DNA of 64,000 nucleotides, taken from positions 544,001 through 608,000 of the forward strand of contig CAWFAD010000016.1 of NCBI GenBank assembly GCA_963813815.1. Direction: 5' to 3'. Source of the DNA: an uncultured bacterium. GTDB taxonomy: Bacteria; Krumholzibacteriota; Krumholzibacteriia; Krumholzibacteriales; Krumholzibacteriaceae. The position numbers were made by a program, and so were the translations under genes. Below, in pieces: positions 39,001-48,451 of this stretch. The notes beneath the pieces are model-generated. The model had not been told where the DNA came from. It saw only the letters and a program-made list of their open reading frames with translations, and searched no databases. Each line of letters starts with the position of its first letter. Position 1 is the first letter of the stretch.

Positions 39001-39075
39001 AGAAAGGCGCGGTGCGACCCCCGCGCGCGAGGCTATCTGGCAATGAGGGGAATCGGCGAAGAGGAGGAGGCATGA
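36010..39075 (+). CDS. AddB/RexB-like PD-(D/E)XK nuclease subunit
   Basis: Degenerate helicase N-part; FSPTALERWAACPF, HGRIDRID, IDYKTG, QLPVY, CGYCDFKIAC Fe-S staple. Confidence 0.85.
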   Translation: MGRVAYFGRMQRDLEPALIERVASARRSDRHRPLAVLVGSNHLASHLGRALARRLDGVFNVRFMTFVDAARSLADAAPGGARRLIPPLAGRVIVDELLAGPGVPAVFGEAAGMKGFGAALSATFADLSEGGCTAEIARGLLGGNGSNVRLGEKARATLELFARYRERVEGVGGDLHSVFRDALGGRVSESLGSTIYAYGFYDFNEMQRRLLDRIAERADIELFVPWREGEEAYRFAAPLHERLEASGFSLRDAGGADGTGPEIPPPLSLPDEEEEVREISRRILSLARDRGIPFCEMSVVLASPGGYADLVGEAFDEAGIPHSSGERSLLSASPAARAARSLLALVEQGLERRELVEFLVSAPLAATDAAESPVDHLALWVRHSAEAGVAGERGWIEESEALTARIAADVGRGRLPARSLEAARLAEPVLRRLAGARDSMRGISMWAGLSERFAALLRELLAPSDDAENVRRIIESLAGLDDLGCSSSPARFARIAGSALDDAGGARRSGGGVEVLSLREARGLSFRAAFLPGLVEGEFPGPARQDPLFSDADRAALAGASAGKVALPRRGERNAEEALLFALALESAGGECTLSYPRFRQGTGKERTPSFFLKYAGFDSAGGADSGARPIRLGRGRAQQRGLELLSVGEFDFESARGMLAGAGMPPGERFFRRGADLVRGRWGAPGFTAYDGVVSSERARAELGKTLEDGGYRFSPTALERWAACPFAYFLRDLLGIEAIEEPERIIATTPAQRGLLVHAILARLFGALHSAGLLPVKSAPQDRLFALADEVAAKLLDDFPAAEPVGLPVFWEMERRFVSESIRLFLEEERLDEDEFAPAEFEKQFGRGPDRAAVGHDRGDRFVFFHGRIDRIDVAPDGRFRVIDYKTGRLDGRDQDLGGGTKLQLPVYLLAAARLLGRRVEDGEALYRRVGAGGRRSVRFSGSRWSESSGELARIVETVTRGIEEGLFFASAGGRACGYCDFKIACPAGTDRLFERKARCDPRARGYLAMRGIGEEEEA

Positions 39076-42000
39076 TGGCCCGCGCCGGAGAGCCGGTCGA
39101 CCGCCCGGCGCGCGATCGCGCCGCGAATGATCTCGATCGCTCGTTCTGCGTCGAGGCGGGGGCCGGAACGGGGAAGACGAGCCTCCTCGTCGAGCGATTC
39201 GTCGCGATCATCGAGAGCGGCCGCGCGGCGGCGGGGGAAATCGTCGCGATCACCTTCACCGAGAAGGCCGCCGAAGAGATGAAGCTCCGCATCCGCCGGG
39301 AGATCGAGCGCCGCCTCGCCGCGGGAGGCCTCTCCGCAGCCGCGGGCGGCCTCCTCGCCGCGGCGCGCGACGATCTCGAACGCTCGCCGATCTCGACGAT
39401 CCATTCCTTCGCGGCTTCCATTCTCCGCGAGTATCCGGTCGAAGCGGGGATCGATCCCCTCTTTGAGCAGCTCGACGCGCTCGGAGGGTCGCTTTTTTCG
39501 ACGAATGCTGGAGCGAGTATCTCCTCGAGCTGACGGGGGAACGGGGCGAGGCGATCAAGCGGTTCGTCGCGCTCGGCGGATCGGTGGAACACCTCGGCGG
39601 AATGGCGCGCTCGGTTTACGATCGGCGCGCGGAGCGATCGTGCGACGGCATCTTCGGCGAGTCCCCCGGGGGGGGCGGAGCGCGCGGGCGCGGATCCCCG
39701 GACCGCGCGGACGGCCGCGCGGGGCGGGACGGGCGGGCGGAGATGGAGACGCTCCGCGGCGAGTTCATCCGCCGCATCGAGGCCCTCCGCCTCCTCGCCC
39801 GGGACCGCTGCAAGGATCGAGGCGACAGGGGATTCGTTTCCATAGAGGAGCTCGTCCGCGCGGCGGAGCCCCTCGGGGCGCTTCACGGGGAAGAGCTCGA
39901 GCGATATCTTCTGTCCATCGAGATCCCGAAGCCGAAAGGGAACAAAACCAACTGGAATCCTCCCGAGGCATGCGCCGAGCAGAAACGCTGTTTCGAGGAT
40001 CTCGCGGGGCTGCAGGGCGCCTTGCGCGGACGCGTTTCGGACGCCGTCGCCTCGGGACTCGACGGGTTTTTCGACGAGTTCCTCCGCTTCGCGGACGAGC
40101 GCAAGGCCGCCTCGAGCCTTCTCGATTTCGACGATCTTCTCATACGGGTGCGGGAGCTCTGCAAGCGACCCGCGGCGCTCGACGCCCTGCGCCGGAGATA
40201 CCGTTTCATCCTCGTCGACGAGTTTCAGGACACCGATCCCGTGCAGGCGGAGATCGTCTGGCTCCTCGCCGGCTCCGGCGGGGGAGCGTCTCCCGAGCCC
40301 GGAAAGCTCTTCGTCGTGGGGGATCCGAAGCAGAGCATCTACCGCTTCCGCAAGGCGGACGTCGAGATCTACGAGCTTTTCAAGGAGCGCCTCGTCGCCG
40401 AGGGCGGCGTCCGGCTCTCGATCGTCCAGAACTTCCGCTCCGTTCCGGGCATCGCCGGGTGGGTCAACGCAACGTTCTCGGCCGTCATGCGGCCGTCGCA
40501 GGAAGGGCGTTTCCAGCCGAGGTACGAGGATATCCTGCCGGCGCGGCCGGGAGACGGCCCGCCCGTCGTCGCGTTCGATCTCGAGATGGAGGAGGAAAAG
40601 CCTTCGTCGACGGAGGTCCGGCGGCGCGAGGGGGAGGCGGCCGCGCGAATCGTCCATCGCCTCGCATCGTCCGGCCTCGCGGTGATCGATCCGGTTTCGA
40701 GGCTCATGGAGCCTCTCTCCTTCCGCCATATCGCGATCGTGTACCCCGGCACGACCGGCATCGAAAACTACGAGGAACCGCTCCGCGCCGAGAACATTCC
40801 CTACATCGTCGAGGGAGGCAAGCTCTATTACTCGCGCGAGGAGATCCGCGCGCTCGCCTCGGCGGCGTGGGCGATCGAGGATCCGTACGATCCGATCGCG
40901 CTGCTCGGCGCGCTTCGCTCGCCGCTCTTCGGCGCGAGCGACGAGGAGATATACCTTTTCACGCGGTCCGGCGGGAGGCTCGACTATCTCGATCCCGGCG
41001 CGGAGGGGAGCGGGGAGTTTGGAGACCTCGCAGCGGCGTTCGCCCTGCTGAGGGATCTCCATGTCTCGCGGAACGAGATCGGGCCGGCCCGCACGATGCT
41101 CGCGCTCGTCGGCCGCACGAAGTTCCTCGAGCTCTCGCTGCTCCGCCCGCACGGGGAGCAGCGGGTCGCCAACATTAGGAAGGCCGTCGCGAGCGCCCGA
41201 GCGTTCGAGGGGACGGCGGGGGCTACCGGCGCTTCGCCCGCTGGTTCCGCGACCAGGAGGTCCTCGATTCCGGGGAGAGCGAGTCCCCGATGGTCGAGGA
41301 CGATGAGAACGCCGTGCGGCTGCTCACCGTGCACAAGGCGAAGGGCCTGCAGTTCCCCGTCGTGATTCTCGCGAATCTCGTGCAGGAGCGCCGGGCCGGA
41401 GGGCGGATCATCGTCGGTCCGGGAGGGCGGCTCGCCTTCAAGATCGGCGACTGGCTCGAGACGAGCGATTTCGATGAGCTCTCCGAGCGAGAGAGTCTTC
41501 GCGAGGGTGCCGAGTCGATTCGGCTCCTCTACGTCGCCGCGACGCGCGCGGGGGATCTCCTCGTCATACCGCGCGCGCCGAAAAGAGGCGGCTACTTCGA
41601 TATCGTGGGGGGAAATCTCGAGCCTGGGGAAAACGCCGGACCGGTCACCGCGTGGCGCCTCTCCGCCATGCCGCCGCTTCGCGGCGAGGTCCGTCCCTTC
41701 GTCCGGCTCGACGAGCCCTCGCCGCGCGAACGCGATCTCCACGAGCGACGGAGGGAGGAGTGGCTGCGCGGGCGTCTCGCGCTCATCGGACGCGCTTCGC
41801 GCGCCCCCGTTCTCGTCGCTCCCTCGAGACTCGCGCCCGAAGGGGCCGCGGAGGCGCTACCGCGCGTTCCGGGCTCGCGGCCTCCGGGTTCGCCCGCGCC
41901 GGGCCGGGCCGCGCTCTTCGGCGAGGCTTTTCATCGCGTTATGGAGCGCTGGGACGCCTCCCGCGGCGCAACGCTCGCGGAGCGCTGCGCCGCGGCGGCC

Positions 42001-42432
42001 TTCGAGCTCGGCATCGGAGCCGAGGCCGAGGCCCTCGAGCGGCTCGCCGCGGCGGCGCTCGAATCGGATATCATGAAACGCGCCGCCCGCGCGCCGCGGC
42101 GCCTGCGCGAGACGCCCTTCATTTTGCCGGTCGAGGGAGGATTCGTGCAGGGGCGGATCGATCTTCTCTTCGAGGAGGAGGGACGCTGGATCGTCGTCGA
42201 TTACAAGACGGACGACGTCGCGGCGGACGGGATCGATGCCCGGCTCGCCTCCTACCGGCCGCAGGCGGCGGTCTACGCGCTCGCGGCGCGGCGTCTGGGG
42301 CTCGGAACGCCGGGAGAAATCGTGCTCTTTTTCGTGCGCCCGCTCGCAGCGCGATCGATCATCGCGACGGACGCCCTCATCGCCGAGGCGGACGAGCTCA
42401 TTCGGGGCGCGATCGGCGCGAGCCCGCCCTGA
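39072..42432 (+). CDS. AddA/RecB-like UvrD helicase-nuclease, frameshifts near 39495 and 41215
   Basis: EAGAGTGKT, ITFTEKAA, TIHSF, VDEFQDT, VGDPKQSIYRFR, NFRS, TVHKAKGLQF, LYVAATRA, GRIDL..VDYKT. Confidence 0.88.
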
Positions 42433-43489
42433 GAGCCTCGAGCACCGGTCCCTCGCGGAGCGCCACGCCGAGGCCGGGGGCATTCGGCAGAACGAGCCTT
42501 CCCTTCTCGACCGTCACTCCCGTCGCCGGATCGTTCACGATGAGCAGATTTCCGTCGAGATCCGCGTAGTCGACGAGCGGCGAGATCTGCGCCGCGGCGG
42601 TGATTCCCACCGAGCTTTCGATCATGCACCCGAGCATGATCATCATCCCGTGCTCGCGCGCCGCGCGGATGAGCCGGAGCGCCTCCCGCAGCCCGCCGCA
42701 TTTCATGAGCTTGATGTTGACGCCGCGGAACGCCCCGGCGAGAGCCGGGATGTCCTCCGCCGATAGCACGCTCTCGTCGGCGAAGAGCGGGATCGATGTC
42801 CGCGCGGCGAGCATTCGCGTTCCCTCGAGATCGCCGGCGGGCAGGGGCTGCTCGACGAGCTCGACGTTCTGCCCCTCGAGCCACCGGAGCTTCTCGATCG
42901 CCTCCTCCCGCGTCCAACCCTCGTTCGCGTCGACGCGAAGCGGGCAGGAGGTCGCGCGGCGCACCGCCGCGAGGATCTCGCGGTCGTTGTCGAGACCCAT
43001 CTTTATCTTGAGCACGGGAAAATCCGCGGCTTCCCGCGCCTTGCGCTCGACGATGTCCGGCGCATCGATGCCGATCGTGTACGAGGTGACGGGAGCGCGA
43101 GAGGGGTCGAGCCCGAGGAGCCGGTGGAGGGGAACCCCCGCCCGCCGGCCCGCGATATCGTGGAGGGCCATGTCGAGCGCGGCGAGGGCGGCCTTCTCCC
43201 CCCCGAGGATCCGCGCGGCGGCGTCGAGCGCCTCGTCGATCCCTTGGGGCGCGGCGAGCACCGATGCGGGGAGCGACTCGAGCGCGCGCTCGGCCGAGAG
43301 CGCGCTCTGCCCGTATCGCGGCGACGGCGCGGCCTCCCCGAAGCCGTCGATCCCGCCCGCCCCGATCCTGACGATGATCGTCTCCCGGTGATCGTCGGCG
43401 GATCTCGCGATGCGGAACGTATGCGCGAGCTCGAGCCGCGCTCTGGCGAGCGAGAGAACGGGATGCGGGTTTTCCGTCGGGATCGTCAT
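42398..43489 (-). CDS. L-Ala-D/L-Glu epimerase (enolase superfamily)
   Basis: FRIAR, GFGEA, TSYTIG, KIK, VDANEGW, EQP, ADES, NIKLMKCGG, GCMIES, DLDG. Confidence 0.9.
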   Translation of the reverse strand: MTIPTENPHPVLSLARARLELAHTFRIARSADDHRETIIVRIGAGGIDGFGEAAPSPRYGQSALSAERALESLPASVLAAPQGIDEALDAAARILGGEKAALAALDMALHDIAGRRAGVPLHRLLGLDPSRAPVTSYTIGIDAPDIVERKAREAADFPVLKIKMGLDNDREILAAVRRATSCPLRVDANEGWTREEAIEKLRWLEGQNVELVEQPLPAGDLEGTRMLAARTSIPLFADESVLSAEDIPALAGAFRGVNIKLMKCGGLREALRLIRAAREHGMMIMLGCMIESSVGITAAAQISPLVDYADLDGNLLIVNDPATGVTVEKGRLVLPNAPGLGVALREGPVLEALRAGSRRSRPE

Positions 43490-43631
43490 GCGAGCCTCCG
43501 AGAAATGGAGCGCGCCCCTTGCTTTCCGCTTTCAAAAAGGCCGGCGGAAGCTATAATAGGCGTGGCGCAATTTTCCCGCAAGCGTATGTTCCCGCCCGCC
43601 CGGCGCCGGCGGAACAAGGAGGGGGTAGAGC

Positions 43632-45758
43632 ATGACATCGGTCCGCCGGCGAAAGGGCCAGCCGAAGCTCGCGCCGGACATCGCGAACCTCGTGTTCGGG
43701 GCTCTCGACTATTCGACCGACGGGATCGCCATCGGCTCGGTCGACGGCACGATCTACTACCACAACAAGGCCTGGATCGACATACACAACTGGGCGAAGA
43801 CCTTCGACGCCAGGGGGCGGAACATCAAGATCGTCGAGCGCAAGGAGCTCAAGCCCGTGCTCCACGAGGTGTTCAAGGGTCTCAATGCGCGGGGGCATTT
43901 CAGCGGGACGTTCGGGATCACCCGTCCCGACGGGCTGTACCACGATCTTCTGATCAACGCGCAAGTCATCAAGAGATTCGAGCCTCCGATCGTCGTCGCC
44001 ATTATACGAGACGTCACGGAGCTCATGCAGGTCAAGAGGGCCCTCGAGCGGCGGGGCGACGAGCTCGCCGTCCTGAACGAGATACATCGCGTCATGCAGT
44101 GCGCGCGCGACCGGAAAACGGTGGTCCGAAAGATGCTCCGGCTCCTCGGGGATTTCATCGGCGCCGCTTCCGCGGGAATCTACGAGGTTGATAGGGCCCT
44201 GGAATGCTCGCAGCTCATCGATTGCTACGGGTTGCCCGAGCACATCCGGCGGAGGATCGAACGCGTGCCGAGGACCGACAGCGCATTCAAGCGCATACAG
44301 GCGTCGAAGCGCGCTATGGTCATGGAGGAGGATCTTCCCGGCCACCGGGGAGGGCGGTGCGACATCCGAAAGGCCTTGGGCTACGATCGCGTCGTCAGTC
44401 TCGCTTTCAGAACGGAGGCCCGGCGCGATTATCAGATCATTTTCGGGCTCAAGAAGGGAAGCGATCTCGGCGCGGGTGTTCGCCGGTTCCTCGAGACCGC
44501 CGCCAATCAGTTCGGCATCGCCCTCGACAGAGTCGAGATGATCGAAAAGCTCGGCGAGCGGGAGCGCGAGATCGCGCGCCGCGCCGACGAACTCGAGGTG
44601 TTCGCCAAGCTCCACAACTCGATGGTGGCCTCCGACAAGCGCTCCGTCGTCGTGCGGAAGATGTTCGAGATCATCCGGGATTTCGTCGGAGCGACGGGGC
44701 TCGCCATGTACCGGATCGATCCCAAGTCCGAGCACGCCGAGCTCGTGCATTGCATCGGGCTCGCCAAAGGCGTGGCTCGCTCCGTCGAACGCGTTTCCAT
44801 GCGGGGAACGGCCTTTTCGGCCATGACGCGGGCCAAGCATGTCTTTGTCATAGAGGAGGAGATGCCGGGCTATCGCGGCGGAAGCGTTGACATACGGCGG
44901 CGGGTCGGCGTGAAAACCACCGTGGGTTTCATGTTCCGCACGGGCGGCAAGATGGATTTTCTGCTCGTTCTCGGCTTCCGGAAGGAGAAGCGCGTCACTC
45001 CCGAGCTTCGCCGGTTCTTCGACAACGTCGGGAGACATTTCGCCATCGCGGTCGAGCGCCTCGACTTTCTCGAGACGCTCGGCGCCCGCGAGGCGGAGCT
45101 CCAGAATCTCAACGCGCGCCTCATCGAGGCGGGGGAGGAGCATCGGCGCCGGTGCGCGATGCAGATCCACGACGAGTTCGGCCAGGCTCTCACCGGGCTC
45201 GGTCTCGAGCTCGCCGCGATGGAGAGGAATTTTCACGGATCGAATCCCCGGGCGCAGGAGATTTTCGCCGGCGCGCGCGAGAGGATACGGAGCATCGCCG
45301 GCTCGATGCGCACGTTTTCGCAGTCGCTCCACCCGGCGCTGCTCGACGAGCTCGGCCTGCTCCCGACGCTCGAATGGTACATCGGGGAGTGGCAGAGGGC
45401 GTCCGGCATCGACGTCCAGTTCTCTTTCGCCGGGTTCGACCGGCAGCCGCCGCGGGCGGTCGCCGTCGCGCTCTACCGCGTCGTGCAAGAATGCCTCACG
45501 AACATCAGGAAACACTCGGGCGCCGCGCGGGTGAAGATTACGCTGGCAAAGGGGCACCCGTATGCTATACTGCACTGCGAGGATAACGGCAGAGGGTTTT
45601 CGCTCATCGGTGGGACCAGCGGAAAAAAGGGACTCGGTCTCGTGTCCATGCGGGAGCGGGTCGAATCGTTGGGCGGCTCTTTCCAGATAGAATCCTCGCC
45701 GGGAAAGGGCACCCGGATTCGGGTCAAGATACCTCTCGGGGCGCGCCATGCTCAATAA
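43632..45758 (+). CDS. Cytoplasmic PAS-GAF-GAF HisKA_3 sensor kinase
   Basis: EEHRRRCAMQIHDEFGQ, LHPALLDELGL, QECLTNIRKH, DNGRGF, GLGL; no TM. Confidence 0.9.
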   Translation: MTSVRRRKGQPKLAPDIANLVFGALDYSTDGIAIGSVDGTIYYHNKAWIDIHNWAKTFDARGRNIKIVERKELKPVLHEVFKGLNARGHFSGTFGITRPDGLYHDLLINAQVIKRFEPPIVVAIIRDVTELMQVKRALERRGDELAVLNEIHRVMQCARDRKTVVRKMLRLLGDFIGAASAGIYEVDRALECSQLIDCYGLPEHIRRRIERVPRTDSAFKRIQASKRAMVMEEDLPGHRGGRCDIRKALGYDRVVSLAFRTEARRDYQIIFGLKKGSDLGAGVRRFLETAANQFGIALDRVEMIEKLGEREREIARRADELEVFAKLHNSMVASDKRSVVVRKMFEIIRDFVGATGLAMYRIDPKSEHAELVHCIGLAKGVARSVERVSMRGTAFSAMTRAKHVFVIEEEMPGYRGGSVDIRRRVGVKTTVGFMFRTGGKMDFLLVLGFRKEKRVTPELRRFFDNVGRHFAIAVERLDFLETLGAREAELQNLNARLIEAGEEHRRRCAMQIHDEFGQALTGLGLELAAMERNFHGSNPRAQEIFAGARERIRSIAGSMRTFSQSLHPALLDELGLLPTLEWYIGEWQRASGIDVQFSFAGFDRQPPRAVAVALYRVVQECLTNIRKHSGAARVKITLAKGHPYAILHCEDNGRGFSLIGGTSGKKGLGLVSMRERVESLGGSFQIESSPGKGTRIRVKIPLGARHAQ

Positions 45759-46398
45759 ACCACGCACGATTCTCGTGGAAGATCACACGATCGTCCGCGA
45801 AGGGCTGCGTCCGCTGCTCGAGGCCCGCGGCGCCGAGATCGTCGGAGAGGCGGGGGATGGGCTCGAGGCGGTGAAGCTCGCCAAGGAGCGCAAGCCCGAT
45901 CTCGTCATCATGGATCTCATGCTTCCCCGCCTCAGCGGTATCGAGGCCGCGCGGCGCATTCGAAAAATTCTGCCCCACGTAAAGATCATCATGCTCACGA
46001 TCCACGACGAGCCGCCGTTCGTTTTTAAATCGCTGGAGGCCGGCGCGAACGGATTCCTCGTGAAGGAGTCGCCGCTCGAGGAGCTCGTCGCGGCCATCAA
46101 GGCGGTCATGAACGGAGAGACCTATCTCAGCTCCAACTTCCCCCGGACGCTTCTCGGCTCCTACGCGAAGTATCGAAAGCGCGGCAAGAAAACGGACGAG
46201 TTCGCGATGCTCACGAAGCGGGAGCGAGAGATTCTCCAGTATATCGCGGAGGGGTACACGAGCCCCCAGATCGCGGAGGTGCTGTTCATCAGCCGCAAAA
46301 CGGTCGAGAATCACAGGGCCAACATTATGGAGAAATTGAACATACACGATACCGCCGGTCTCGTGCGGTACGCGCTCAAGATAGGACTCGTGGATTGA
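45748..46398 (+). CDS. NarL/LuxR-family response regulator
   Basis: VEDHTIVREG, MDLMLP, LTKREREIL..IAEVLFISRKTVENHR. Confidence 0.94.
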   Translation: MLNKPRTILVEDHTIVREGLRPLLEARGAEIVGEAGDGLEAVKLAKERKPDLVIMDLMLPRLSGIEAARRIRKILPHVKIIMLTIHDEPPFVFKSLEAGANGFLVKESPLEELVAAIKAVMNGETYLSSNFPRTLLGSYAKYRKRGKKTDEFAMLTKREREILQYIAEGYTSPQIAEVLFISRKTVENHRANIMEKLNIHDTAGLVRYALKIGLVD

Positions 46399-46454
46399 AG
46401 TCGCGGCGTTTTCATATCTCGTTGTCGTCGAGTCCGTTATAGACTCTACCAAAA

Positions 46455-46500
46455 ATAAGTACATGTACCCATTGAAGTGTACTGATGATATGGGTATGCT
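46455..46500 (+). promoter_or_regulatory. NarL-type dyad ATAAGTA-N4-TACCCAT abutting sigma70 promoter TTGAAG-N17-TATGCT
   Basis: Dyad 46455-46472; -35 at 46472-46477; -10 at 46495-46500; extra half-site ATGGGTA 46490-46496. Confidence 0.55.
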
Positions 46501-46506
46501 GTATTT

Positions 46507-46844
46507 GAGACTGAAATGCACCTCGGGGACGCAACAGGGTGAATATAGAGAATCGAACGACGCGGAGGTAAGGGATAGCGCGTAGCTTGACCGACAAGAA
46601 GACGTAAATAGGGTTTGCCGCCTGACACCGGGAACTGATCCCATCCTACCCAAAAACCCCATCTCTTCCCCTAGGAGATGAGCCGCTTATCTGGGAGAGG
46701 TTTCCACCCGGCAACGGGCCGAACCAGCAACGCTCCAATGAGAGTCCCTTAGGATCGCTTTCCACAAAAGGAGCTGAGGTTCACCGTCAGGCGGCAAATT
46801 TTTAAAGGGCGGAGGCCGGTAGGCGTCTCCGCCCTTTTCTTTTT
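46507..46844 (+). ncRNA. Candidate structured non-coding RNA (family unassigned)
   Basis: 13-bp perfect long-range helix 46614-46626/46786-46798 enclosing nested hairpins including CCCG-GCAA-CGGG; own promoter and terminator; no convincing ORF. Confidence 0.6.
46804..46844 (+). terminator. Rho-independent terminator
   Basis: AAAGGGCGGAGGC..GTCTCCGCCCTTT followed by TCTTTTT. Confidence 0.85.
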
Positions 46845-46937
46845 CCGCGGCCGCCGCCGCATGCCGCGCGAGGCGGCCCGTGAATGAGACCGCCCCCCCG
46901 GCTGTATCGACTGCAGAACGGCGGGGAAAGGATCTCG

Positions 46938-47258
46938 ATGCTCACGGGCGGCGGCTGGCTCGAGAAAAGAAAGCGGATCAGGGCGGATCTCTCCCGGGAG
47001 TTTTCGGCCCGCGCCGCGATAGGTCCCGCCGATTTTCTGCGATCGTTCTACGACGCCCCCGCGCCCCCCTGCATGCACGAGTTCCGAAGCCGCTACATCC
47101 CGGACGCCGGCACGCTGGACGAGATTCTCGCCGCCATCGCGTCGCGCACGGGGCTCGCGGCGCGTGCGGTCGAGGCGCGATTTTCGGGCACCGACACGTT
47201 TCCCCAATTTGGCGAGCGCCTTCTCCGTTCGGGCGCCTATGCGGGAGCGGCGCGATGA
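46938..47258 (+). CDS. Hypothetical protein (106 aa)
   Basis: AAGGA RBS, ATGA overlap with next gene. Confidence 0.55.
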   Translation: MLTGGGWLEKRKRIRADLSREFSARAAIGPADFLRSFYDAPAPPCMHEFRSRYIPDAGTLDEILAAIASRTGLAARAVEARFSGTDTFPQFGERLLRSGAYAGAAR

Positions 47259-48451
47259 TCCGCCCGGCGGCGGCTCTTGCTCTCGCTCTCGCGCTCGGCC
47301 GCGCCGGGGCCGCGCGGAGCGCGGCGCTCGAGGCCCGGGGCGCCTTGTACTACGACCGGGGGCACTACTGGATCGAAATCGCCTTTCATGACGGGACGGG
47401 GCGCGACACGATCCCGCCGGATCTCTCCGCCGGCCGCTTCGAAATATGGAAGGTCGGCGACGATCGCGGATTCCGGCCGACGCGGATCGAGATCGTTCCG
47501 GGGAACGGGACGGGGGCGTCGGTCGTGCTCTCGACGTCGAGGATCGAGGGCCGCTGCTGCTATCGCGTTACGTTCACTCCGGCGAGCGGCGGCGCCGTCG
47601 CCGCCGATTCGATCTGCGACCCGTTCGCGCCGGGAACGGCGGCGGGAGAGAGCGGAAGCAGGGCGTTCTTCCGCGCGCACGTCGCGGGCGCCTTCCGCCG
47701 CGACGGGGAGGGGAGCGGGCTCAACGAGCTCGCGTACGGATACGATTTCTCCCGGGAGCGCTCGGTTACGGATTTCTGCGTCGCGCCTCGCCTGCGCTGG
47801 AAAGGATGGACGGCTGAGGTGATCGTAAAGCGCGGCGAGACCTCGCTCTCGACCTCAGCGTCGCGCGGTACCTCCGCCGTTCGGACGGGCGCGTCGGCGT
47901 CGCTCTCGCGATCGGCCTGGGCGAACGGTCTCAGGTGCTCTGCTTCGGCCTCGTACGGCGCGGACCGAACGGCGCTCGAGCTCGCCGCCGGGGACTCGAC
48001 GGTGCGCTCGCGGTGCGCGGCCGTCGAGGGACGCGTAAGGCTCGATAACCTCTTCGATCCGATCAACCGCTATCCGGCGAGCGTTCTCGCGGGGGTCGAA
48101 GCCGCCTTCGGTTACTCGTGGCGATCGGCGGACGGCGACGGCCCGTCGGGCGGGGGACGATTCGGGGACCTCGTTCCGTACGCGAGCGCCGGCGCCTCGT
48201 GGACCTTTCTCTACGGGTTTCGGTTGTCCTATTCCCTGTGGTCCTTCCTGCCGTCCTCCGCCGGCGAATCCTTCGCGGCGTTTCACTCGGTGAGAGCGAG
48301 GCTGCTGCTCGGCGGCGTGCTCGCGCCCCCGGCCGAGCGGACGTACCATCCGGACGTCGAGCTCGTTTGGGAGACGGGGAAACGGCTTCCCCTCCTCGAG
48401 CGTGAGGAGAAGCTCTCGCTCGGATTCACCTTCGGCATCTATCCGTGGTGA
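47255..48451 (+). CDS. Hypothetical exported protein, possibly outer-membrane
   Basis: Signal peptide MIRPAAALALALAL; beta-strand-like C-terminal half ending LSLGFTFGIYPW. Confidence 0.55.
   Translation: MIRPAAALALALALGRAGAARSAALEARGALYYDRGHYWIEIAFHDGTGRDTIPPDLSAGRFEIWKVGDDRGFRPTRIEIVPGNGTGASVVLSTSRIEGRCCYRVTFTPASGGAVAADSICDPFAPGTAAGESGSRAFFRAHVAGAFRRDGEGSGLNELAYGYDFSRERSVTDFCVAPRLRWKGWTAEVIVKRGETSLSTSASRGTSAVRTGASASLSRSAWANGLRCSASASYGADRTALELAAGDSTVRSRCAAVEGRVRLDNLFDPINRYPASVLAGVEAAFGYSWRSADGDGPSGGGRFGDLVPYASAGASWTFLYGFRLSYSLWSFLPSSAGESFAAFHSVRARLLLGGVLAPPAERTYHPDVELVWETGKRLPLLEREEKLSLGFTFGIYPW

Noticed and set aside
39072..42432. addA as pseudogene, or AddAB-like pair as a defence system
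   Set aside because: All motifs intact and shifts lie in homopolymers; architecture fits housekeeping recombination repair.
46482..46520. CTGATGA...GAAA hammerhead-like core
   Set aside because: Stem II is weak, stems I/III cannot be built, and the segment overlaps the predicted promoter.
46686..46742. Resemblance to SAM-I riboswitch (CTTATC..GAGAGG..AGCAAC..ATGAG)
   Set aside because: No kink-turn P2, no P3 partner GTGC, no P4, and no sulfur-metabolism gene downstream.
46678..46752. 24-aa ORF MSRLSGRGFHPATGRTSNAPMRVP inside the candidate RNA
   Set aside because: AGGAG directly abuts the ATG and both are buried in a hairpin; no supporting features.
46614..46798. Retron msr-msd or MITE reading of the 13-bp inverted repeat
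   Set aside because: No reverse transcriptase or transposase in the window, no target duplication, no second copy seen.
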